Made by a program: the position numbers and the translations under genes
Assembly (NCBI GenBank): GCA_965243025.1
Contig: CBDETY010000003.1
Span: forward strand, 960,001 to 1,024,000
Length of the DNA: 64,000 nt
Source: Candidatus Latescibacterota bacterium
Lineage (GTDB): Bacteria > Latescibacterota > UBA2968 > UBA8231
Direction: 5' to 3'
The notes under the pieces: generated by a model
What the model was told of the DNA's origin: nothing
The model's database searches: none
The model's input: the letters and a program-made list of their open reading frames with translations, nothing else
Shown here: positions 21,009 through 30,937 of the stretch, one piece after another
Layout: each line of letters starts with the position of its first letter
Position numbering within the stretch: the first letter of the stretch is position 1

Positions 21009-21424
21009 AACACCGAGGCGATCAGGGATAATGTGGGATAAAGGAACATACGCACGAGTATTGCCGCTGATACTTGCATTTCAAATTTCTCCAAATAGCG
21101 AGTCAGAAAAGTCATCCGAAGTGTCTCATTCTCGCTGACAGGTTCCGAAGAAAGCCTGGGATTCCTGAAGGCCGCGGAAGCGCAAGGCCTTGCGCCCCGC
21201 CTCATCCGTCCGTTTACCGGACTTTTTCAAGGATCGACCTGATAGCACGACTTCCGACGGCACGGGCTTCGCCGAGGAGGATAACGGCATCGCCTGAGGG
21301 GAACGACTTCAATCAGAGGCCGCAGCAAGTAACCGCAGAACCTCCCTGCAGTCTCACAACAAGCCTACCCCGAGCAGGGGGCGAGTGTCAGGGGGAATTA
21401 CCCTCACTGACACACATTCGTTCC

Positions 21425-21973
21425 CTACATTCCCCTCTTGACCGTTCCCCAAGTGGTTGATTTTACGGAGGTCGGGACACTCAACCGGGAAAAAACCATT
21501 ACTTCGATCTCCGGACATCCCAGTGCAAGACATACGGCTATTCCCACTCCCAACCTCAGGGTATCTCCATCCAATTGATACAGAAAAAGATCGGGTTCAG
21601 GGGGTGGAGCGTCCTCGCGAAACTCGGTAATCAGCTCCGCAAGGGCCTCGTCATCCGGAACTTCGAGCCCGGCGTCCTCGAATTGCTTGCGTATGAATGC
21701 TTCCACCGTCATTCCATCGATAAGAATGTCCCAATCTCCCTCGGGAATGAGACTCAGGGAATCCCCGGAAGCACTCCAGGTGCCGCGCATGGTGCTTTCC
21801 ATCGTGAACCCCAGAAGACCTTCTTCCACTTCGGTAATGACCGTGAACGAGAATTCACCGTCTCCGAGAGTAATGCGGAATTCCGCTTCATTCTCGCGAT
21901 GCCCGCCCCATTCACCCTGGAGCTGTGCTCCCAACGACACTGGCAACAACATCAAAAGGACTGCTGATCGCAT
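21425..21973 (-). CDS. Secreted hypothetical protein with C-terminal TTWGxxK tail
   Basis: AGGAG RBS, signal peptide, ends PTSVKSTTWGTVKRGM. Confidence 0.75.
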   Translation of the reverse strand: MRSAVLLMLLPVSLGAQLQGEWGGHRENEAEFRITLGDGEFSFTVITEVEEGLLGFTMESTMRGTWSASGDSLSLIPEGDWDILIDGMTVEAFIRKQFEDAGLEVPDDEALAELITEFREDAPPPEPDLFLYQLDGDTLRLGVGIAVCLALGCPEIEVMVFSRLSVPTSVKSTTWGTVKRGM

Positions 21974-22157
21974 AAGAGTTCTCCTTGTAATTGGATGTAC
22001 CGGACTGGCTATCTTGGGGGTTCCGAATTCATCGGTCCTTCCTTCTATCTACAGGTATGGCCGACCCGATCAACATACTGAGTAAGCCACCTGGAAACAG
22101 CCCCGACTAGAGCGCCGGCGATTACAGCTCCCGCCGCCTCTGTGCAAACCTACCCGC

Positions 22158-22451
22158 TCAGTCGTTGCTTATGGTGCGGCTGATGTGTCCCTGCTCATCG
22201 CCTACGTAGATCGTCCCAAGGGTTCCCAAAGCCAAGTCAAGGCTGGCGACGGGCTTGGCGGTTGGCTTGGCCGCTTGGGCCGTAGAATCAGCCGATGCGG
22301 ATGCCACGGTGGCTGGGGATGCAACCACGGCGGGCTTCGGTTCTTCCTTCTCCTCAGGTTTGCGGTCATAGTCCCGAACAGCCAATTCCATCAGGGCCAT
22401 GAAGGCAGTTCCGATCAATAGAGACGTTTGAATCCATAACCAAGGGTTCAT
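22158..22451 (-). CDS. Small membrane-anchored hypothetical protein
   Basis: AAGGAG RBS, N-terminal hydrophobic helix and an Ala/Pro-rich linker. A paralogous copy lies near 51040-51260. Confidence 0.6.
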   Translation of the reverse strand: MNPWLWIQTSLLIGTAFMALMELAVRDYDRKPEEKEEPKPAVVASPATVASASADSTAQAAKPTAKPVASLDLALGTLGTIYVGDEQGHISRTISND

Positions 22452-22758
22452 GGTATGCTCCTTTCATGATACTGGACGGCCATGCACCGCCAGGGTCGCT
22501 GGCGAGAGGCTCGTCGGCGGCAACCGCAAGTTCAAAGGCATCCGGCCCCGCGGATCGGAATAGCCCCCCGGATCGAAGATCGGAGACCTGCATCCCCAGC
22601 AGCGGTTGACTGGAAAGATGAAGTCAGTAGGGGAAGGCGGACCTCGTTTGTTTGTGCCTTGAATCACCAATCGAGAAGAAGGAATCCCTCAAGCCTTCGT
22701 CCGCCTTCCCATTACGGTATTGCAAGAACCGTTTCCGGAAAGGAGAAATCGCCAAATA

Positions 22759-23331
22759 TTAATTGGAGATAATCAGGATTAAAATAGTGGCCGACCCCAG
22801 TAAACCTCCGCCAAGGCGAGCGCCACGTTTTTTCTGCTTTGTACGCTCCTTGTATCCTTGCGAAAAACCCATTGAGTAGTTAGAGCCCTTTTCCTGAACA
22901 ACACTGGAGCCCATCAAGTGAATTGGAACATCGTCGCCACCGGTAACTCCCCAAAGAATTCCGGTACCGATCAGGCCCGTAAAGAATCCACATGCGAATC
23001 CGCCGACGAAACTGCCAGCAGTACCCCTGCCCTCAGCTGCCACTCTTCCATCATTGAACCCATCCGCCATGCTGTATACACGGCTTTGCTGGGTTTGTTT
23101 CCCCGCCTGTGCAGTGACCAAGGGAATGGGTAATTGTTGGGTATAGAATGGGGTCCACCTGTTACTTCCCGCAGATAGTGTTCTCAATGAGAACGGTAGC
23201 CTTTGTAGAGGCACTACGTTCTCTTGTTGTAGCGATTTATGAAGCTTCGGGGAATCAAAGCCTACTTCTGCATGTGAACTCATGCCAGAAACGAACAGAC
23301 TGAGTGCGAGTGTCATCAGAATCGCTTTCAT
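22759..23331 (-). CDS. Exported protein with glycine-zipper-like membrane segments
   Basis: AAGGAG RBS before MKAILMTLAL, a signal peptide, and the segments GSFVGGFACGFFTGLIGTG and LGGGLLG. Confidence 0.7.
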   Translation of the reverse strand: MKAILMTLALSLFVSGMSSHAEVGFDSPKLHKSLQQENVVPLQRLPFSLRTLSAGSNRWTPFYTQQLPIPLVTAQAGKQTQQSRVYSMADGFNDGRVAAEGRGTAGSFVGGFACGFFTGLIGTGILWGVTGGDDVPIHLMGSSVVQEKGSNYSMGFSQGYKERTKQKKRGARLGGGLLGSATILILIISN

Positions 23332-23689
23332 GGAAGTCAGTTCTCTCCTTAAGTTTTGGTATTGACCGCTTGGGAGGATTTCCCTTTGTGTGGGGCGGGA
23401 TTTCTTGGACAGAAGTTTGTCAGGAATTTTTGCGATAAATGCCCCTCGGATCCTCGAGGTTGGCCCGTTGAATCTTGCCCGTATCGGAGTCCGCCCAGTA
23501 CTGCGATCCTCCCCGTGCATGTGTCCTTTGGGATATCTGCTATGTTATTTGCAAAAGAGTTTTCAGCCCTGCCTTGCGGTTTCGAAGCGGTTTCGAAAAA
23601 GGCAGGAGCGGGTTGCTCGACAGTCACGGATCCATCGCGCATCGCCGATCGATTTCCAAGGCAGCGGCGACCCAAAAGACGGATTCCCG

Positions 23690-24673
23690 CTATTCCCCGG
23701 TTTCCGCATACAGCTCCCTCGCCGCTTTCATCTCCTCCCCGATCTCCCGGCGCAATTCCTCCGGGGCCAGCACCTCGCACTCCGGTCCCCATGCCCTGAT
23801 CCAGGACTTGATTTCCAGAACGTGATTGACCAGGAACGTCAGCGTACAGCGACCCTCCCGGTCTTTCTCGTGGGCCACGACCCCGGGCCAGTCCGATTCA
23901 TTCACCCGATAGACCGCGTTTCTGGAAAAGCGCAGCTTCACTTCCACTACCTCGTCGCCGCCCCTGATTCCCCAGGAGTGCTTGAGGTAGTCGCAGGGGT
24001 CGAAATCAGGCAGAGGCTCGAAGCGGGTATCGAGCACCTCTACATCTTCCAGCCGTTCGACCTTGAATGAGCGGATGGCCTGGCGGAAGTGATCGAACCC
24101 GAACACGTAACAGGAATAGCCCACGAAGGAGGGCTCGATGAAGAAGGGATCGAACAGGCGCTCGGAGCGCTCCCCGGTGATGGGATCGCGATAGACCAGT
24201 TGCACCTGCCTCCTGCCCGCCCATGCCCGGGTAAGGCCTTCCAGAACTTTCAGGTAGTCCGGGGCAAGCCGCCTCTGGGAAACAGCCACGGCGGCCTGCT
24301 CGACGTGCTCTCCGATGGCGTCGGGCAGGGTTGCGGCGAGCTTGAGCAGGGACGCGACCACATGGGGATTGTGCTTGTCGCTGTAGGCCGACAGCATCCG
24401 CGCCGCCAGGTAGAGCGAGAGGGCCTCGTCGAGGTTCAGCTGGATGCGAAGGTCGATGTGCCCGCCTTCCACCAGCCTCCAGACGCGGCCCTCCCGGTAT
24501 ACCGGGAGCCGTCCCCGCTCCGACAGCTCCTTCACATAGCGCCGGGCCGTCCGTTGGCTCACCCCCAACAGCCTGGCGATTTCCCCGGTTCCCACCCCTT
24601 CGGGCTTCCGGGGGAACAGTACCTTGATCTGTTCGAGCCGATCCGCTTTGTGGATCGCATCTGACATGAGCAT
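23690..24673 (-). CDS. HTH-WYL-WCX transcriptional regulator (PafBC/DriD/YafY-like)
   Basis: wHTH EIARLLGVSQRTARRYVKEL, WYL region (RLFDPF...CYVFG...RSFKVERL) and C-terminal WIRAWGPECEVLAPEELR. GGAGG RBS before the ATG at 24673. Confidence 0.92.
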   Translation of the reverse strand: MLMSDAIHKADRLEQIKVLFPRKPEGVGTGEIARLLGVSQRTARRYVKELSERGRLPVYREGRVWRLVEGGHIDLRIQLNLDEALSLYLAARMLSAYSDKHNPHVVASLLKLAATLPDAIGEHVEQAAVAVSQRRLAPDYLKVLEGLTRAWAGRRQVQLVYRDPITGERSERLFDPFFIEPSFVGYSCYVFGFDHFRQAIRSFKVERLEDVEVLDTRFEPLPDFDPCDYLKHSWGIRGGDEVVEVKLRFSRNAVYRVNESDWPGVVAHEKDREGRCTLTFLVNHVLEIKSWIRAWGPECEVLAPEELRREIGEEMKAARELYAETGE

Positions 24674-24709
24674 GGTTTCCCCTCCCCCGATAAGGATGAG
24701 TTCCAAAGG

Positions 24710-24772
24710 GGACAGGGGGTGTCTGTTGTATTCACCAGGTCAAAAAAAATCCAAGGCGGACAATGACCGTCC
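24710..24772. promoter_or_regulatory. Two GAC-N7-GTC palindromes, putative WYL-regulator operators
   Basis: GAC-AGGGGGT-GTC at 24711-24723 and GGAC-AATGACC-GTCC at 24758-24772. The spacing matches the DriD-type core as recalled. Confidence 0.5.
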
Positions 24773-24798
24773 CTTTCCATTACCAAATGGATCCACCT

Positions 24799-25003
24799 TC
24801 TCCGTCACGTGGATCCAACTCGACTCACCCGGGAACCGACCGGGGATGGTCTCCGGCGCAGGGTGCCGTCGGGAAAACCAGTCGGATGAGAGGGGATGTC
24901 CGTACTCCGGGGTAGCCCTCACTGAGACCGGCAGGAAGCCTTCGGCCACCTCCGTGACGTAGATATCGGCATAGCCCCTTTTGCTGCCAGGCAGGGCTAT
25001 GTC
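24799..25003 (+). ncRNA. Candidate structured ncRNA divergent from the WYL gene, followed by a hairpin
   Basis: Nested complementary segments 24799-24813/24951-24963, 24848-24853/24924-24929 and 24860-24868/24911-24919. Further hairpin at 24968-24977/24994-25003. No convincing ORF. Strand is inferred. Confidence 0.35.
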
Positions 25004-25339
25004 AATCCCGAAAAAAGCATTCCGGTGAAGGGAGCACCGACGGGAAAACCCTGCGAGGAGAATAGCTGTCGCCAGTGAGTATCTCATTGGGTAGTCGCTC
25101 TTGAATAGACCTCTGAAGGGTTCAAAGTACTACAATTCAAATGACTTCAGGATGATACTTTCCCCAATTTGTATGATAAACACATAACTTTTTGTGAAAG
25201 GGGACTCGTCGGGGCCAAGCCTACCGGCCCGACGGGTGATCTCTTTCCCCAGGGAGTCAGACCCTACCGGGAAAGAGGATGTGAAACGCAGTCGAAAGGA
25301 GTGGGGGGTGAAGGGACGAGATCCCCCCAACAGGGGCGG

Positions 25340-27835
25340 TTACTCCGGATGCTGTCCTTCGGGCATGAAGTAGCCGACGCGTCGCTCTACAAACAGGTAG
25401 GCGGGGTGGGCGCCGTCGTCGTTGAGCTTTCTTCGGAGTCTTCTTACCAAGGCGCGTACCACCCCCAGATCCGCGGAGTGGGCCGGGCCCCATACCCTTC
25501 TCAGCAGCTGGTTGTAGGTGACCACCCGTCCTGCGTTGACGGACAGCTCGAAGAGCAGGTCGTATTCGGAGGCGGTCAGATTCAGGGCCCGGCCGGCCAG
25601 GGTGACGCGGCGTTGGGCGTAGTCGATGGCCAGGTCCCCCAGCACATAGGGTCCGGCCGGCTCGTCGGAGGGGTCCTCCCCCTTGCGCAAGGCGGCCCAG
25701 ACCCGGGCCACCAGCTCGGTGGGGGAAAAGGGCTTCAGGATGTAATCGGAGGCCCCCGACTCGAAGGCCTGTGAAACGGTCTCGCCGCCGCCGTACCCGG
25801 ACACGAAGATGACCGGTACGTCGGACGTGCCCAGGAGGTCCTTCATCAGCTCGAGCCCGTCGGACCCGGGCAGCATGAGGTCGAGCAGGACGAGGTGGGG
25901 CTTGTTTTGCTTGAGGAGGACGGGCACCTGATCCGGGTCGGCGGTCGCTACCGGCTCGAACTCCGCCTCGGTGAGCGCCTGCCGCATGAAATGGAGCGCC
26001 TGCGGGTCGTCGTCGACCACGAGGATGCGCGGCTTCCGTTTCCCCTTGCGGGGCGACTCCGGGGAGGGCGAGGACCGGTCCACGGCCTCGTTGACCGCCG
26101 GAATCGTGAAGGTGAACCGCGCGCCCTGGCCGGGGCCGTCGCTTTCGGCCCAGATGCGGCCCCCGTGCGCCTCCACGATCCCCTTGCAAATGGCCAGACC
26201 CAGGCCCGACCCGCCGTCCCCTTCTTCCCGGTGTTCCCTGTGGGTACGGGTGGGCTTGCGAAACAGCTGCGGCAACCGTTCGGGGGGTAGGCCCCTGCCC
26301 TGGTCGGCGATGGAGACGGCGACGTGGGTGTCCTGCCGGACGGCCGTCACCTCGATGGGCGACGATTCCGGCGAATGCCGGGCGGCGTTGGACAGCAGGT
26401 TGCCCAGGACCTGGACAATGCGCCGCCGGTCCGCCATCACCAGGGGCAGATCCGGCGCCAGGTCGATGTGGAGGTGGGGCCGGCCCCCTCCGCTGAGGAA
26501 CAGGTTCCGGGCCCGGTCCACCACGGCCGAAACTTCCACCGCCTCCGGAGCGATCTGCAGCGTGCCCGTCTCGAGGTGCGCCACGTCGAGAAGGGCGCCG
26601 ATCAGCTCGCGCATGGACTCGGCCTGGTCCAGAATAATCCGGTGAAACTGGCCCCTCTCGGCCGGGTCCAGGTCGGAGGAGGGATTCAGCAGGGCGGTCG
26701 CCGAGCCGATGATCGAGGTCAGCGGAACGCGCAGTTCGTGGCTGACCATACCCAGGAACTCGGCCCGCAGCCGCTCCTGCTCCTCCAGGGGGGTCAGGTC
26801 CTGCAGGGTCATGACATAGGAGACGACTTCGCCATCCTCGGAGAGGATGGGGGTGGCGTTGACCAGCACGGCAACCGATCCCCCGCCCGGAACCTGCATG
26901 ACGATTTCCTCGGCGCGCACCGTCTCCCCGGCGCTCAACGCCTGGGCAATGGAGAACTCTTCCAGGGAGACCTCCCGCCCGTCGCCACGCCGGAAGGTCA
27001 GGATCCGGAGCAGATCTTCCGGTGACTGGTCCGGTTTCCGCAGGTTTTCGGTGATCCTGTTCGCCTCCCGGTTGAACGATTTCGGCGCGCCCGTCCTCAC
27101 ATCGAAGACCACCACGCCCACCGGGGACGTGTGAATCAGGGTCTCCAGGTCGGCCCTTGCCCGCTGCTCGTCCCGGTAGCGGCGGGCGTTGGCGATCACC
27201 AGGGCCGCCTGGGAGGCGAACAGGACCAGGGTCTCCTCGTCTTCCCGGGTGAACTCCTCGCCGGCTTCCTTGCCGGCCAGGTAAAGGTTGCCGGCCCGTT
27301 CTCCGCCGTGGAAGATCGGTGCCGCCAGGAAGGACACGACCGGACCCACCGGCAAGGGCGGCCGCAGCTCGGGCAGACCCTGCGACCGGAGGTGGCCGAG
27401 CAGGTCCGGGATCCGGAGGGGGGAGGCAAGGTTGCCCAGGTACTCGTAGAGCCGCATCGCCTCGGGCAGGTCCCAGAGCAGTCTATCCTCTTCGGCCGTC
27501 ATCCCGGAGGAGAGGAAGTCCCGGGGTAACCCCGCATCGTCCAGGAAGGTCATCACTCCGTACCGGGCATCCGTCAGGGACCGGGCCGAGTCCAGGACCC
27601 CTTGCAGTACCGTGGGGTAGTCGAGGCTCTCGTTGATGCGCAGGCTCGCCTCGCTCAGCCGGGACAGACGGTCGCGCGGAGCTGGCATCTCCTGATCGGG
27701 CCGGTGGGTCCTGTTCATTTCTTCCTCTCTTCCTCCTCCAACAGTCATCCGGATCGGGCTCGGCAGCCCCGGACGGTGGTCAAACCCGAACACGCTGGGG
27801 ACGGATTTGATAAGGAGCCCCCCTGTGTCATACAA
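25340..27835 (-). CDS. Cytoplasmic hybrid sensor kinase-regulator GAF-PAS-HisKA-HATPase-REC-OmpR wHTH (probable start 27718)
   Basis: VSHELRVPLTSI, NLLSNAA, DQGRG, GSGLGLAIC, ILVVDDD, LLDLMLP, YILKPFS and LTASEYDLL...VGY. No TM segment. Confidence 0.93.
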   Translation of the reverse strand: MYDTGGLLIKSVPSVFGFDHRPGLPSPIRMTVGGGREEEMNRTHRPDQEMPAPRDRLSRLSEASLRINESLDYPTVLQGVLDSARSLTDARYGVMTFLDDAGLPRDFLSSGMTAEEDRLLWDLPEAMRLYEYLGNLASPLRIPDLLGHLRSQGLPELRPPLPVGPVVSFLAAPIFHGGERAGNLYLAGKEAGEEFTREDEETLVLFASQAALVIANARRYRDEQRARADLETLIHTSPVGVVVFDVRTGAPKSFNREANRITENLRKPDQSPEDLLRILTFRRGDGREVSLEEFSIAQALSAGETVRAEEIVMQVPGGGSVAVLVNATPILSEDGEVVSYVMTLQDLTPLEEQERLRAEFLGMVSHELRVPLTSIIGSATALLNPSSDLDPAERGQFHRIILDQAESMRELIGALLDVAHLETGTLQIAPEAVEVSAVVDRARNLFLSGGGRPHLHIDLAPDLPLVMADRRRIVQVLGNLLSNAARHSPESSPIEVTAVRQDTHVAVSIADQGRGLPPERLPQLFRKPTRTHREHREEGDGGSGLGLAICKGIVEAHGGRIWAESDGPGQGARFTFTIPAVNEAVDRSSPSPESPRKGKRKPRILVVDDDPQALHFMRQALTEAEFEPVATADPDQVPVLLKQNKPHLVLLDLMLPGSDGLELMKDLLGTSDVPVIFVSGYGGGETVSQAFESGASDYILKPFSPTELVARVWAALRKGEDPSDEPAGPYVLGDLAIDYAQRRVTLAGRALNLTASEYDLLFELSVNAGRVVTYNQLLRRVWGPAHSADLGVVRALVRRLRRKLNDDGAHPAYLFVERRVGYFMPEGQHPE

Positions 27836-28267
27836 ATATAATATTATTTGGCTAAAATATCATTCAATAATCACGGAATTGTCAGTATTTTGAAAATGCG
27901 CTACAAGTCCGGCCAGACCCTTCCCAAATCGGGTTTGCCGGGAAAGAGAGACCAATGTGCCCTTCGGCTTCGGACAGACGTATCCAAGGGTTCCCTCACA
28001 TGCCGTTCTCCCCTTGCCGACGATGACTTCGCCGAGTATCAACGACGGTGTCTCAAGGTCCTTGGCTTCGAACTCCTGGACTCGAAAGCCATCCGCTCCT
28101 GAGCCGGGTTGGTGGACGTGTTTTCTTCGCGTTGGGTGATTTCCGCGTCGAAAAAGGGGTCCGATGGAATCTCCCCGATGAGAAACTGGCTGATCTCGAC
28201 CCGACATACGATGCTGGCCGTCTCGGTGAGGGGGGTTTGGCCTCCCTTTTGAAAGGGAGAAGACCCC

Positions 28268-28858
28268 ATGCGATTACCTGCCGGTATCCTGTTTTTCGCT
28301 TCACTGGCTTCCGCCGATGAATCCCTGGTCGGTACCTGGATGCTCGAGGGCGGCACGGACTCCATTACTATTCGAGATGACGGGACTCTTGCGCGGGAAA
28401 TCAGCATCGACGTGGAGACGTTCCTGGCTCCCTCGGATCTGGGATTCAGTGATAGCCCCGAGATAAGGGAAACCCTGGCCGCCCTTATCCCGGGGCGAAT
28501 TGTGCACGTGTCCCTTTCCGGGACCTGGGAATCACGAGGCAGCCGGTTTTTGACTGTCTATCGAACCGCCGAAGTGGAAGGGTGGGAAGAGCTGGTTGAC
28601 GACATTATGAAAATTGCGGGGCCGGCAATGGAGAAACGCCTGGAGGGCTCAGATCACGTAGACTTCCTGGTAGACGCCTACAGAGGGCTTCTGAAGTCGT
28701 TGTTTTCGCCGAGAGATACCTTTCAATTCGGGGAAGAAACGTCTGTTTCCTGGCGCATCGAAGACGAAGTCCTCACTCTGGGCGGCGATGTCTATAAGCG
28801 AGTGATCCCGACACCGGTACAGTCGGTGTCCTGGGGCCAGCTCAAGAAAGGGGAATAA
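28268..28858 (+). CDS. Secreted hypothetical protein with C-terminal SWGxxK tail
   Basis: Signal peptide, LVGTW lipocalin-like start, ends PTPVQSVSWGQLKKGE. Similar layout to 21425-21973. Confidence 0.75.
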   Translation: MRLPAGILFFASLASADESLVGTWMLEGGTDSITIRDDGTLAREISIDVETFLAPSDLGFSDSPEIRETLAALIPGRIVHVSLSGTWESRGSRFLTVYRTAEVEGWEELVDDIMKIAGPAMEKRLEGSDHVDFLVDAYRGLLKSLFSPRDTFQFGEETSVSWRIEDEVLTLGGDVYKRVIPTPVQSVSWGQLKKGE

Positions 28859-28939
28859 AGCCTGGAGCGTGGTTTCCGGTTCCGGGAAGGGTCTTCGTCG
28901 CGGGTGGCTCTTTTTCCGGTAAGGTGAAGCTCGCTTCAG

Positions 28940-29270
28940 GCCAACACGGATGCGGGTTGTATCAGCAGAGTTTCGACACGAGACGTTTCGCGGCGATCCG
29001 GACCGCTGGTGCGGTTCCTTCGCGTCGATGGGCGAGGGCCTTTCCGGCGATCCACGAGCGCCGCAGCGCAGAAAGCCGAATACAGGCGGGTTTCTATGCC
29101 TCTTCAGCCTATCGTCGAGAAGTTTGCCCGAATCGTGTGCCTGTTGGGGGATCCAGAAAAGAGAAAAAGCCAGAGGACAGTCCATGCGCCGGAGAGAAAC
29201 GCCCCGCGAGAAATCACCCGATGCGGACCGAAAGTGACGATCCAGGAAAATGATCCGAAAGACGGAATAC
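28940..29270 (+). pseudogene. Decayed fragment paralogous to the bPH-domain gene at 47656-48336
   Basis: RRVSMPLQPIVEKFARIVCLLGD here versus RRVSRPLQPIVEKLARIECLLED in the intact gene. Confidence 0.65.
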
Positions 29271-29555
29271 TTAGCAGATCCCTTACGGCAGCACGGATCC
29301 TCACCGCCACCCTAGGCGCAATCGCACAGGAGGAAACCGCCGATCAGAGGTGTACGTAGTCGAGAGGTCGACGTCACCGGCTCCCGCATCAAGAGCGCGG
29401 AGAGCCTGTCGCAGGTGCCGAATCGTGGTCGTATCGAAGGAGGAGAGACCCAAGAGCCTCACGGGTCGCTGCTGGAGTATCGCGACAACCTGACGTTCTT
29501 CTTTGAGAGGTTCCGGGGATGGCGCTCAAGAGGAGATACGGAGTACAGAGACGGA

Positions 29556-30423
29556 ATGAAATTCATGCGGACACCTTACCCGATTCTGGCGGCCGTACTG
29601 CTCATGGCTTTCAAAACAGAGGCCAGCGGCAATGACGCCCAAGCCACGCCGGAGAGAACGGAATTCCAGGAAATCACCATCCGTTTCAAGGGGAGCCGGG
29701 CGTGGACCGCGACTCTACTGGACGTGGCTGCCAAGGGGGCGACCGGTACCGGTATCGCCGATTTTGATTCCCTTTCTTCCCGTTATGGCCTGATGGGGAT
29801 ATATCCCAAGGGGGTATCCTCGGGCATTTTCGGATTTCGATTTCGGTTGAGATTTCCACCGGACGCCGATGGGGCAGACATCGCCGGGGCCTACCGCAAC
29901 TTACCCTATATAACTGTGGATAAATGGTATACGGTGGTGTCCAAAAGAAAAGCAGGAATCGGTAAGAAATTAAATTACGGTTATCTTGGGGGTTTTGTTG
30001 GGGGATTCGCAGGAGTCCCCTTTGGGATTCTCCTACTTCCCTTCCCAGAAGAGCACCCTGATGGTACCAGTGGCGCCCATCTTTATGTAGGGGCCTTCTA
30101 CGGGTTATGGTTTGGCAACATTCTTGGATCCGCAGTTGCGGTTAGTAAAGTTGATCGTCATGGCCATTTTTTCCTGACACTGGCGGGCAGTGCCCTGTTG
30201 GGAGCAGGAGTTCCTTATGCCATCCATGTTCTTTCATGGAAAAATGGTGTGGTTGTATCCTTCCCATGCGGCATGGTAGGTCCTGCAAATTGGGGCAACT
30301 CTGGCTTCGGAGTTAGGGGAAAGGATTTTCGCACCGGCTGACAGGGAAAATCCACGCTTTTCTTTTGGGTTGGTCTCGAATTTACAACGGGGCTTGTCGG
30401 CTTCCGCAACGTTTCACTTTTAA
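29556..30423 (+). pseudogene. Exported Gly-rich membrane protein, paralog 1, frameshifted near 30270
   Basis: N-terminal domain shared with 30938-31804 (TEFQEITI, GIADFDSLS). A shifted frame gives ATLASELGE...NPRFSFGLVSNLQRGLSASATFHF*. Confidence 0.7.
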
Positions 30424-30443
30424 CCCGCCGAAAAGGATTCCCG

Positions 30444-30915
30444 ATGAAACGAGCGATCCTGTGTGCCGTTTTGTTTCTGAGTGCAAAGGGCCTCTGTGCA
30501 ACGGAAGGCGCGGCGGTGTCCCAAAAAGAAGCAGGAGTTGGAAGAAAACTTGGGTACGGTATTCTGGGGGTTTGGTTGCGGACTCGTTGGATCGTTCACC
30601 TTATTCCCCGTCTCATCAGGAGGAGATGGTATCGGGGCAGCTGGAGGGCTCGCCATGGGATTTTGGGCGGGCAACGTAGTTGGAACCGCCATTGGCGTTA
30701 GCGTAGCTGGAGAGGGTCTGGGTTTCCCGGGTCATTTTGCGGGCAGTGCCCTGTTGGGGGTAGGAGTTCCTGTGGCAGCTTTATCTCATTTGGAGGCCGG
30801 GGAATTGGGGGATCGGTATCCACCACCAGGGGACAGGAAAAACCCACGCTTTTCTTTTGGATTGGCCCCGAGTTTACAACGGGGTTTGTCGGCTTCCGCC
30901 ACGTTTCATTTTTAA
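30444..30915 (+). pseudogene. Exported Gly-rich membrane protein, paralog 2, frameshifted at a G run near 30570
   Basis: MKRAILCAVLFLS...RKLGYGILG continues in another frame to NPRFSFGLAPSLQRGLSASATFHF*. Confidence 0.7.
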
Positions 30916-30937
30916 ATCCGTCTAATAAGGATTCGGG

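Larger units (their letters stand above)
18704..21079 (-). pseudogene. Lipoprotein gene interrupted in its signal peptide by IS256
   Basis: Removing the IS joins MQVSAAILVRMFLYPTLSLIASV to FLGCASRYSS (lipobox) in frame. The body is ORF 18704-19603. Confidence 0.8.

Noticed and set aside
24865-24895. Resemblance to the 3' end of an FMN riboswitch (AGTCGGATGAGAG)
   Set aside because: The conserved 5' elements are missing and no flavin-related gene lies downstream.
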